Origin: an archaeon
GTDB taxonomy: Archaea; Micrarchaeota; Micrarchaeia; Anstonellales; Bilamarchaeaceae
Reading direction: 5' to 3'
Assembly (NCBI GenBank): GCA_020053355.1
Contig: JAGVNI010000007.1
Location: 5,557 to 69,556, forward strand
Length of the DNA stretch: 64,000 nucleotides
The notes beneath the pieces were generated by a model that made no database searches, was not told the origin of the DNA, and saw only the letters and a program-made list of their open reading frames with translations. Made by a program: the position numbers and the translations under genes. This document shows positions 28,707 to 36,625 of this stretch, piece by piece; position 1 is the first letter of the stretch; each line of letters starts with the position of its first letter.

Positions 28707-29687
28707 TCAGTCGGTAAGCCCGCCCGGAGTCACCCTGAAGACCGCCTCGCCTTCTGGCATGTTCGGCGAGTCGACCAGCCTCGCAATCCTCTTGTCGTCC
28801 TTGCTTTTGCGGACATAGAGCCGGTAAGTCGACATGTGCGCGAGCACGTGGCCGCCAATCGGGGTCGTCGGGTCGCCGAAGAGGATTCCCGGGTTGTCCA
28901 TGACCTGGTTGGTCACGTACACCGCGAGGTTGTACTTCTCGGACAGTTTCTGAAGCATGTGGACGTGCTTGTTCAATTTCTGCTGCCTCTCGCTTAGAGC
29001 CCCGCGTCCGATGTAATCCGACCTGAAATGCGAGGTGAGCGAGTCGATGACGATGAGCTTGATGTTGTTCTTCTCTATCGTCTCCTCGGATTTCTCGAGC
29101 AGGATTATCTGGTGGTCGCTGTTTTCAGCCCTTGCGACGTGGATGCCCCTTAGCACTGCTTGCGGGTCCATGCCCTGCGCCTCTGCCAGCTGCGCTATCC
29201 TGTCCGGCCTGAAGGTGGCTTCAGAATCAACGAAAAGCACGCTCCCCCCAAGCCCGCCCTGCTCCACCGGCCTCTGCACGTTCACGACGAGCTGGAACCC
29301 GAGCTGGCTTTTTCCGCTCGAGAACTTGCCGTACATCTCGGTGATTGCCATCGTTTCGATGCCGCCCCCCAGGAGGTCGTCAAGCGCTTGGGACCCGGTC
29401 TTGATTCTCACGATATTTTTGCGCCTCTCATAGACGACATCAGCCGTCTCGAACCCGATTTCGACCATGCTCTTTGCGGCTTCAATCGCCTTCTTGGCCG
29501 ATTCGACGCCCATCCCGCCCGCCTCAGCCAGTTCGTGCGGATTAGCTGTCGCAAGGGAGGCGAACTCGCCGAATCCCGCGGCCCGGAGCTTCTCGGCCGT
29601 CACTTCGCCTATTCCCGGAAGGTCTTCCAGGTCTTTGTAGTATTTCTTCTTATTCTTGTCCTTATCCTTGTCTTTTTCTTCTGCCAT
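28707..29687 (-). CDS. radA: DNA repair and recombination protein RadA
   Basis: N-terminal HhH (LEDLPGIGEVTAEKL), Walker A GKFSSGKSQL, Walker B LIVIDS, archaeal RadA length (326 aa). Confidence 0.95.
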   Translation of the reverse strand: MAEEKDKDKDKNKKKYYKDLEDLPGIGEVTAEKLRAAGFGEFASLATANPHELAEAGGMGVESAKKAIEAAKSMVEIGFETADVVYERRKNIVRIKTGSQALDDLLGGGIETMAITEMYGKFSSGKSQLGFQLVVNVQRPVEQGGLGGSVLFVDSEATFRPDRIAQLAEAQGMDPQAVLRGIHVARAENSDHQIILLEKSEETIEKNNIKLIVIDSLTSHFRSDYIGRGALSERQQKLNKHVHMLQKLSEKYNLAVYVTNQVMDNPGILFGDPTTPIGGHVLAHMSTYRLYVRKSKDDKRIARLVDSPNMPEGEAVFRVTPGGLTD

Positions 29688-29761
29688 ATGAATCCCCTGT
29701 ATAATTCATCATCATTCTGTTTCCAGCATCATGCTTCCTGCCCCGGTCTTTCACCCAATAT

Positions 29762-30064
29762 TCATTTCCGATCATTGGGGAAAACGAGCAGCTTCAGTTG
29801 CCCGATTCTGAGGGTGTAGAACACGTTCCCGTTCTTGGAGACGTTCTTCCACATGCCGCCCACGTTCGAATAAACGACATTCCCGTCCTTGTCGCGGTCG
29901 GTCTGGACAACGCGCAAATCCGGCCGGTTCGCTCCTGAGCTTATCGCGCCCGGTGTGTTGCTTCCGCTTCCAGTTCCCTGCCCCCCGCTTCCTGTTTCGG
30001 GTTTCGGATCAGTTGGTATCTCCTCGAAGCCTTCATCATCCAATTTTTCTTCCGTGTCTTTCAT
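29762..30064 (-). CDS. small hypothetical protein (weak resemblance to DUF736 half-repeat)
   Basis: 100 aa; Gly/Ser/Thr-rich N-terminal half, C-terminal GGMWKNVSKNGNVFYTLRIG block. GGAGG about 12 nt upstream; a palindrome-flanked TATA-like element lies further upstream. Confidence 0.35.
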   Translation of the reverse strand: MKDTEEKLDDEGFEEIPTDPKPETGSGGQGTGSGSNTPGAISSGANRPDLRVVQTDRDKDGNVVYSNVGGMWKNVSKNGNVFYTLRIGQLKLLVFPNDRK

Positions 30065-30121
30065 TTATTCCACCTCAACTTTTCCTCCTTTTTTCATGTT
30101 GGTGAAAAGTCCAATCAAAGT

Positions 30122-30312
30122 CCATTAGTATAAACATATAGTTATACGTATATACTAATGGGATTATGGGCGGGGCTATATATAAACACAATCCGGCAGT
30201 TCATTTCCGCAGAAATCGACATCTCGATTTCTGGGCCCAATGAACACGTCGTTGTCATGAACGTCGCTACGTTCATGAGCATGCTCATGGTCGATGCGTC
30301 GACCATGACATC
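30122..30312. repeat. cluster of five consecutive inverted repeats (hairpins) in noncoding DNA
   Basis: IR1 CCATTAGTATA-N18-TATACTAATGG (30122-30161) around TATA-like sequences; IR2 AGAAATCGA-catc-TCGATTTCT (30211-30232); IR3 TCATGAACG-tcgcta-CGTTCATGA; IR4 perfect 16-bp palindrome CATGAGCATGCTCATG; IR5 GGTCGA-tgcg-TCGACC (IR3-5 within 30254-30312). Confidence 0.8.
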
Positions 30313-30405
30313 ATTAGGGCCGCGGAAGAAGAAGCCCCAAGATATCCTTTGCCCCTCTATTTGTTGGATATGGCTCACGCTAAAAGAAAAGGATATTGAG
30401 GCCCT

Positions 30406-30660
30406 TCAGGTCGGCTTCAGCAGGTTGGCGGACTGCTCGGTGATGAAGCTCGCAGCCCCGGTTATGGCCATGACGATTATCCCGCCAACGACCATCCCGA
30501 TTGCGACCGTCTGCCACTTGCCGCGCGTCTCGCCCGGCTGTGTCTGGGCGATGCCGTAAGTGATTCCGCCCGCCGTGACCAGGATAATCGCGATAGTCGG
30601 CGCAAGGGCCGAAAGCAAAGAAGCGATGTTCGATGCAGCTACTTCCAATCCGGTTGCCAT
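30406..30660 (-). CDS. small hypothetical membrane protein (two hydrophobic helices; pilin-like?)
   Basis: 84 aa with two long hydrophobic segments separated by QTQPGETRGK; the architecture resembles VirB2/TrbC-type small pilins, but that is not established. Confidence 0.3.
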   Translation of the reverse strand: MATGLEVAASNIASLLSALAPTIAIILVTAGGITYGIAQTQPGETRGKWQTVAIGMVVGGIIVMAITGAASFITEQSANLLKPT

Positions 30661-30719
30661 CGTAAAAAATAGGCCAAAACACCTTTAAATATCTTTCTGG
30701 GCGGCCGCCTTGCGTCATC

Positions 30720-31730
30720 TCAAAGGCGGGCCAGCTTTTTCACAAAATCCACAAGGCGGTTGGAATACCCGTATTCGTTGTCGTACCAGGCGGAAACCTT
30801 CACCAGGCGGCCCTTCGACTTCGTGAGTTTCCCGTCCACCAGGGACGAGAGCGGCACGCCGACCACATCCTGCGAGACTATCTCGTCTTCCGTATAGCCC
30901 AGCACCCCTTTCAATTCCTCGTTCGACGCCCGCTTTAACTCGGCGTTTATCTCGTCTTTCGTCGCATCCCGCCCTAGCAGGAGCGTCATGTCGTTAATCG
31001 AGCCGCAGGCGACCGGAACCCGGAATGCCACGCCATCCATCTTCCCGGCGAGCCCCGGGAGCACCTCGCCAATCGCCTTCGCCGCGCCGGTGCTGGTGGG
31101 GATTATGTTCATCGCGCCCGCGCGCGCCCTGCGCAAGTCGCTGTGGCTGCCATCCACGATGTTCTGGTCGTTCGTATAAGCATGCACGGTGCTCAGGAAT
31201 CCGCTTTCTATGCCGAATTTCTCGTCCATCACTTTGAGGATTGGCGCAAGGCAGTTCGTGGTGCAGGAAGCAAGCGAGAATATGCTCATGCCCTTGTTCA
31301 CGATGTGGTCGTTGACACCCGGAACTATCGTGGCGTCGACTTCCTTCGCGTCTTTTGCAGGGGCGGAAATGAGCACCATCTTCGCGCCTGCCTTTATGTG
31401 CTTCTCGGCGTCCGCTTTGGAGCGGAACGCGCCCGTGCTTTCAAGGACGAGGTCAACCCCCAGCTCCTTCCACGGGAGTTTCAGCGGGTCTGTCTCGGTA
31501 ATCCATTTGATTTGGTATCCATTGATGATGAGGTTGCCGTCCTTGGCTTCCACCTTGCCGTCGAACCTTCCATAGACCGAGTCGTATTTGAAAAGGTGGG
31601 CATGCTGCTCGACAGGGCTCCTGGTGTTGATTGCGACGACATCGAAGTCCTTTCCGAGCGCGCCCTGCTTGATTGCTGCCTTAAGGAACGATTTTCCAAT
31701 CCTGCCGAATCCGCTTATGGCAATCTTCAT
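30720..31730 (-). CDS. gap: glyceraldehyde-3-phosphate dehydrogenase, type I (bacterial/eukaryotic type)
   Basis: NGFGRIG Rossmann motif and the class-I active-site signature ASCTTNCLAP; 336 aa. Confidence 0.9.
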   Translation of the reverse strand: MKIAISGFGRIGKSFLKAAIKQGALGKDFDVVAINTRSPVEQHAHLFKYDSVYGRFDGKVEAKDGNLIINGYQIKWITETDPLKLPWKELGVDLVLESTGAFRSKADAEKHIKAGAKMVLISAPAKDAKEVDATIVPGVNDHIVNKGMSIFSLASCTTNCLAPILKVMDEKFGIESGFLSTVHAYTNDQNIVDGSHSDLRRARAGAMNIIPTSTGAAKAIGEVLPGLAGKMDGVAFRVPVACGSINDMTLLLGRDATKDEINAELKRASNEELKGVLGYTEDEIVSQDVVGVPLSSLVDGKLTKSKGRLVKVSAWYDNEYGYSNRLVDFVKKLARL

Positions 31731-31787
31731 ACGCTCACCTACAAGTAGTGCTAATACCCATAGTAGCGGAGGTTACGCTAATAATCC

Positions 31788-33158
31788 TTACTGCTGCCGC
31801 TTATCGCCTGCTGCGATAAGCGATGCCTCGCGAATCAGTTCGTTAACCACTTCCTTGACGAAACCCTCCTTCGCCCTGATTGCGCCAGCTTTCGCGTGCC
31901 CCCCGCCGCCTTCGACAAAATCCGCCATGCTTTTTTTCACGCGCTCGGCAAGTTCGTTCGCGGAGAGGCCGAGGGACACCGCGCCATCATCCAGCCTCAG
32001 GATGATTGAGCGCTCGGTATATCCGATGCACAGGAGCGGCTTCTCAGCGCCCGCCGCTTTCGCCTCGTCCCTTAGCGTGTCGAAAACGCGCGTAGTTATC
32101 TTGCTTGAGGGGGGCCATTCGCCCTTCACGACAATCCCTTCAAGAGGGAATGTTATGATTGTAAGCTGCCCGGTTTCGCTTTTTTTCATCCTCGCCATCG
32201 CCTTGGCGGCCGCATCCCGGATGGAATCGTCCGCCTGCTGGGCAATCGAAGAGAACAGCTCGTCCTTCTCCATCACCTTCTTGTAGAAGTCCAGGTTATT
32301 GCCGAAAGAGACATGGGATGCCAAAAAATCCAGCACCATCGCCTTCTTCGCGTCGTCCGGCCCGCTTTGGAGGATGTCGCTCTTGTCTCCTGAGCAGGCG
32401 ATTTTCGCAAGCGCAAGTGCCCTTTCTTTCTCCAGTCCGCATGCAGCCGCAATCTCGCATGCAAGGTAGCCTGCGGTATATTTCGAAGCGTTGTCGTCTT
32501 GGGAAAAAGGATTGATGATGCGCGCGTCGTCCTTCCTCGAATACGGGTGGTGGTCAATCACCAGGCAGTCTATGCCGGCAGCGCGAAGGAGCTCCAGCCC
32601 TTCAGCGCAGCCATCGGCGGAGCCGAAATCCAGGAGTATCACGAGCGGACGGCTTTCCTGCCCTATCGCGGCTATGTCCCGGAGGGCTTCCTTCACGCTG
32701 TAAATCGCCGAATTCTGCTGGAACGCCTTGCACGGGAGGACCGCAGTCAGCGCGAACGCCCCGCATATGCCATCGGCATCACCGTGGAACCTGAGCATGA
32801 CTGAACGGCCGAGCTTTTTTGCCAGCATCGCTTCCAAGGCTCCCCTAATCAACGCAGGCCACAACCTGCCCGTGAGGCCGTCATTGAAAAGCACCGGCGC
32901 GCCAGGAAGGTTCGCAGCCTCAGCCACATTGGCCGTCACCCGCGCAAAAACCCGCCCTTCCGTTTCCCCGCTTAGCGTATCTATGCGCGTGGCCCTTATG
33001 CCGCCGACAGCCATCTCGCCCTCGATGAGGATGCATGAGCCCTGCGGGATGATGTCGTCCGTGAAGAACTGGTGCTCGGTTTTGCCGTCGGTAAGCACGT
33101 AGTCTCGCTTGCCCCGGAAAAACCTCACCCTGCTGACTATTCCTTCAACGGCAATCAT
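31788..33158 (-). CDS. DHH-family phosphoesterase (archaeal RecJ/GAN-like)
   Basis: DHH motifs HGDADGICG, VIDHHP and DHHA1 GGGH; N-terminal OB-like extension; 4-bp overlap with upstream rbkR. Confidence 0.7.
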   Translation of the reverse strand: MIAVEGIVSRVRFFRGKRDYVLTDGKTEHQFFTDDIIPQGSCILIEGEMAVGGIRATRIDTLSGETEGRVFARVTANVAEAANLPGAPVLFNDGLTGRLWPALIRGALEAMLAKKLGRSVMLRFHGDADGICGAFALTAVLPCKAFQQNSAIYSVKEALRDIAAIGQESRPLVILLDFGSADGCAEGLELLRAAGIDCLVIDHHPYSRKDDARIINPFSQDDNASKYTAGYLACEIAAACGLEKERALALAKIACSGDKSDILQSGPDDAKKAMVLDFLASHVSFGNNLDFYKKVMEKDELFSSIAQQADDSIRDAAAKAMARMKKSETGQLTIITFPLEGIVVKGEWPPSSKITTRVFDTLRDEAKAAGAEKPLLCIGYTERSIILRLDDGAVSLGLSANELAERVKKSMADFVEGGGGHAKAGAIRAKEGFVKEVVNELIREASLIAAGDKRQQ

Positions 33159-33781
33159 ACGATGACCTTCACCCTATCGCCATCCTTCTTTCCGAACTCC
33201 TTCTTGGCGTTGAAACTGAATATCGTTTCGAGGATGTCCGGCCCGTGGTGCGTCCGGAGCGGCACGATGATGGCGCCGTCTTTCCCCCCGAGCCTGCAGC
33301 GGTATGCGAAAAGGTCGCCGAACGTGCGGCCCTTGCCCCGGAATCCAGGAATGACTATCGGCTCGCTTTCAAGCAGCTGCTGCCTTTTCCATGCCAAATC
33401 ACCATCAAGCCTGATGTTCAGCGTTCCGGGGAACGGGTCGAAGCCGAGCTTCTCCTTTATCGCCTTCTTGTAACCGGGAAGCGACATGTAGAAGCTCCCC
33501 TCGCCCAAGCCACGGACAATCGTGCCTTCCATTTCGATGCGCCCGCCCTCGAAGATTGCCTTGAGGGAGGTGAATAATGCCGCTGATTCGTCATATGCCT
33601 TCTTCGTCAGCCGGATGCCGTCCTTTCCGCGCTCCAAATACCCGTCCTTGCCCAGCCTGGCGAGCTTCCTCGATGCGTTCTGCTGCGACATCCCTGCAAG
33701 AGTTCCAAGCTCTCCAGTGGTCAGCTTCAGCGGCCTTGAATACGCCCCTTTGCGAAGGAGCAGGATAAGCAACTCGTCCAT
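33155..33781 (-). CDS. rbkR: HTH-fused CTP-dependent riboflavin kinase (RbkR-like regulator/kinase)
   Basis: N-terminal winged-helix (LTTGELGTLAGMSQQNASRKLARL) plus C-terminal archaeal riboflavin kinase domain with GTLNIRLD and conserved Thr/Asn/Glu residues. Confidence 0.7.
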   Translation of the reverse strand: MDELLILLLRKGAYSRPLKLTTGELGTLAGMSQQNASRKLARLGKDGYLERGKDGIRLTKKAYDESAALFTSLKAIFEGGRIEMEGTIVRGLGEGSFYMSLPGYKKAIKEKLGFDPFPGTLNIRLDGDLAWKRQQLLESEPIVIPGFRGKGRTFGDLFAYRCRLGGKDGAIIVPLRTHHGPDILETIFSFNAKKEFGKKDGDRVKVIV

Positions 33782-33823
33782 AGACTCTCGGTTTTTTATA
33801 TTGCCCCCAACATATTAAATTGC

Positions 33824-34426
33824 ATGGAGTCCTACAAGGGCATTTCCATCCTCGTTCCGGACGACGTCTATCCGCCGTCCGACGATTCCGAGCTTCTCGC
33901 AGAGGCATCCTCGTTTCTCCGCGGCAGCATACTTGAAGTGGGATGCGGAAGCGGCCTGGCATCGCTCGCATGCGCGAAGGCCGACTCTGAGAATTTCGTC
34001 CTTGGAGTGGATATAAGCCTTTCAGCCGTGCGGTGCGCCCAGCAGAACGCCGACCGCAACCGCCTATCCAATGCGCTTTTCCTGGTTAGCGACCTGTTCT
34101 CGAAAGTCGGTGTCCAGAGGTTCGATGCGATTATTTTCAACCCGCCCTACCTGCCCACAGACGATGAGGACCGCGTCGAAGGCCCGCTCAACCATGCTTT
34201 CGACGGGGGTGCGGACGGCCGGAAGGTGCTCGACCGCTTCCTGAACGAATTCGACCCGTACCTGAAAGCCGGCGGCACGCTTCTCCTCATCCAGAGCAGC
34301 CTGAACGGCGTCGAGAAGACGCAGTCGAAACTGGAAAGCATGGGCTACAAAGTCAGGATGATGGACAGCGAGAATTTCTTCTTCGAAAGCATCTTCCTCC
34401 TGAAAGCCGAGAAACCACAGGTTTAA
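33824..34426 (+). CDS. HemK/Mtq2-like protein (glutamine) N5-methyltransferase
   Basis: SAM motif EVGCGSGLASL and catalytic NPPY (IIFNPPY). Confidence 0.75.
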   Translation: MESYKGISILVPDDVYPPSDDSELLAEASSFLRGSILEVGCGSGLASLACAKADSENFVLGVDISLSAVRCAQQNADRNRLSNALFLVSDLFSKVGVQRFDAIIFNPPYLPTDDEDRVEGPLNHAFDGGADGRKVLDRFLNEFDPYLKAGGTLLLIQSSLNGVEKTQSKLESMGYKVRMMDSENFFFESIFLLKAEKPQV

Positions 34427-34591
34427 ATCCGCCTTCGTGGTAATATGTTCCGGAATGATGACGTGAACAACCTCTGAGGGCATGGGTTCAATCGGCTTCC
34501 TACGCCGTCTGTGCCTATATGATGAAGTCAACAGCGTCTGACCGAAAATTTTCTCCGTATAGACGTCGGTCAAATTTTCATCAAACATCAG

Positions 34592-34708
34592 CCGGTCTGA
34601 CCCCGGCCTTTGTGAGACCTCATGGCTTTCCCGGGGGTTTGCCATTAGAGAAGCCTAAGACAAAGGCCCACATCCTGTCCGGCTTGACTCCGTCCTTTGT
34701 GAGACCTC
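34592..34708. repeat. two 30-bp imperfect direct repeats, each containing a short hairpin, in a 377-bp noncoding gap
   Basis: CCGGTCTGACCCCGGCCTTTGTGAGACCTC (34592-34621) and CCGGCTTGACTCCGTCCTTTGTGAGACCTC (34679-34708), 26/30 identical, 87 bp apart; no credible ORF (only short antisense/overlapping ORFs). Confidence 0.6.
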
Positions 34709-34803
34709 CGGATTTTTCCGCCAAAAAGCGGTAAAAACCTCGGAAATGGAAAAAGTATACCACATTATGAACCTTTTTATAACCTACAGGGCATATCATC
34801 GTC

Positions 34804-35247
34804 ATGGCATGCTACAAACTGAACCACCTAACCGCGAGGCAGAAGGCCGACATGGGCTATGTCGCGAAAGCCTGGGCGAAAAGCGGCCAGACGACGAAGG
34901 TGCTCGAAGACGGCCTCCGGGTGCTCGCATCCGGCAAGCGCCCGACCGCCGACGAAATCGCCCGGAGGGAGGACCCCTTCATGGCTGTCGCCTGCAAATA
35001 CGGCAAAGGGCAGCGCGACATGCTGACGCTCTCAAGGGAGGATGCGGCAATCATGCTCGATGCGGTCATATCGCTCCGCAGCGCCGCCCCTGACGAAAGC
35101 GGCGCGAAAAAAATAATCTGCTTGGCAGCCGGCGTCATTTTCGACGGCGTGGCAATCCCGAAAACAATCACCGACCCGTCATGGGGGCCGGTCCTCAGGC
35201 TCATCCGCGAAGTCGTGCCTTCAGCCGGCCAGAGCCGGATGTTCTAG
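34804..35247 (+). CDS. hypothetical protein
   Basis: 147-aa ORF after the long noncoding gap; no motif recognised. Confidence 0.35.
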   Translation: MACYKLNHLTARQKADMGYVAKAWAKSGQTTKVLEDGLRVLASGKRPTADEIARREDPFMAVACKYGKGQRDMLTLSREDAAIMLDAVISLRSAAPDESGAKKIICLAAGVIFDGVAIPKTITDPSWGPVLRLIREVVPSAGQSRMF

Positions 35248-35297
35248 CCCAATCGGTATGCTCTGTAATTTAAACCTTTTTTCCCAAATGCCTTACT

Positions 35298-35552
35298 ATG
35301 GCAGACAGGTCAGAAGCGATAATCGCCGAGCTCGTGGGCGTCGGCATCACCGATCACGATGCTCTAATCATTGCAGACTGCATCATCACACGCAAGTCCT
35401 GCTCCTGGGTCAACACGGACCCGATTGACGATAAGATGCTCGCAGACCTGAACGTCCTCATCCGAAACAACAACTACGGCATCAGCGTGAAAGTGGATGC
35501 CGTTCCGACAAGGAGCAAATTCATCTGGGATGTCAAGGTTTTGCGCCCATAA
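35298..35552 (+). CDS. small hypothetical protein
   Basis: 84-aa ORF, co-directional, no motif recognised. Confidence 0.3.
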   Translation: MADRSEAIIAELVGVGITDHDALIIADCIITRKSCSWVNTDPIDDKMLADLNVLIRNNNYGISVKVDAVPTRSKFIWDVKVLRP

Positions 35553-35589
35553 TCCTATTCTTAATCCAATCCTAGCTTCTCTTTCTTAG

Positions 35590-35994
35590 GTGGCAGACAT
35601 GAGGCCTTTCGCCTGTGACATGGTTCTAATTGAAGACGGGAAGATACTGCTAATCAAGCGCGGCCGCGAGCCGTTTCTGGGACAATGGGCCACCCCAGGC
35701 GGACGGATTGAGGAAGGCGAGACCGCGGAAGAGTGCGCCAGGCGCGAGATGAAGGAGGAGACCGGTCTGGACGTCGAAATCATCAAGCTTACTGGCATTT
35801 ATTCAGACCCAAAGCGCGACCCTAGGGGCATTATTGCCGCGGCCTATCTTGTCCGGAGGGTGGGCGGCGCCGTAAAAGGCGGCGACGATGCGGCCGAGGC
35901 TAAATGGTTCGAATTGGGAAAACTGCCGCCGCTATGCGCCGACCACGGGAAAATCGTCGCGGACGCGCTCGCACAGCTGGGCCAAATGAAATAA
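35590..35994 (+). CDS. NUDIX hydrolase
   Basis: Nudix box GGRIEEGETAEECARREMKEETGL. Confidence 0.8.
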   Translation: MADMRPFACDMVLIEDGKILLIKRGREPFLGQWATPGGRIEEGETAEECARREMKEETGLDVEIIKLTGIYSDPKRDPRGIIAAAYLVRRVGGAVKGGDDAAEAKWFELGKLPPLCADHGKIVADALAQLGQMK

Positions 35995-36006
35995 TCCGAA
36001 AAAAAG

Positions 36007-36531
36007 TCACTCTTCCTTCTCGAGTATTGCCAGGTCGCCGAGCGCAACGAGGTCCTCATCGGCCCTTGCCGCGGCGGCTGCCTGCTTCCTAGCAGTTATG
36101 CGGAAGCCTTTCATCTCGTCGTAGAGCTTGCGCAATTCGTCGCGGATGACCTTGAGTTCGGTCTCTATTTTGCCGATTTCGGTCTCGCCGTCGAGTATGT
36201 CCTGCTCCACGTACCTGATTTTACGCCGTGCGCGCTCGACCTCTTTCACCTTGTCGAGCTCCTCGTCTATCTTCCGAAGCTGCTTGATGAGCTCCTTTTC
36301 CATCTTCGGAGTGTAAGCGGCTGTTGCAATCCTGAATTCGAGGGCCCTCTTCTGCTTCCGGTAAGGGGCTATCTGGACCTCTTTGGTCTTCTCCAGGAAC
36401 GGCTCAAGCGCCTTCTGCTCGAACTTCTTGTACCTGATGCGGCGGTTCAGCTGCTTGATGCGGTCAATGAGCTCTCCCTTCTTCGCTTCGAGCTCCTCAA
36501 TCTTGGTCTTCAGGGTATCCTCGTCCGTCAT
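36007..36531 (-). CDS. hypothetical coiled-coil protein
   Basis: 174 aa dominated by heptad-like charged repeats (KIEELEAKKGELIDRIKQL...); no motif recognised. Confidence 0.35.
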   Translation of the reverse strand: MTDEDTLKTKIEELEAKKGELIDRIKQLNRRIRYKKFEQKALEPFLEKTKEVQIAPYRKQKRALEFRIATAAYTPKMEKELIKQLRKIDEELDKVKEVERARRKIRYVEQDILDGETEIGKIETELKVIRDELRKLYDEMKGFRITARKQAAAAARADEDLVALGDLAILEKEE

Positions 36532-36625
36532 GTCATCACAGGAAATAAAATGAGCGGTTGGTTGTTTCCATTTATGATAGGTATCATTTTAAAAATATCG
36601 GTGCGGCGATTTTACCGCTGATGCT

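Noticed and set aside
30142-30559. ORFs 30142..30378 (-) and 30158..30559 (+) across the palindrome cluster
   Set aside because: They span a region dominated by perfect inverted repeats and AT-rich promoter-like sequence, with no motifs and no start context. They are interpreted as noncoding.
34064-34645. 193-aa minus-strand ORF
   Set aside because: Mostly antisense to the NPPY methyltransferase; the remainder covers the repeat-containing noncoding gap.
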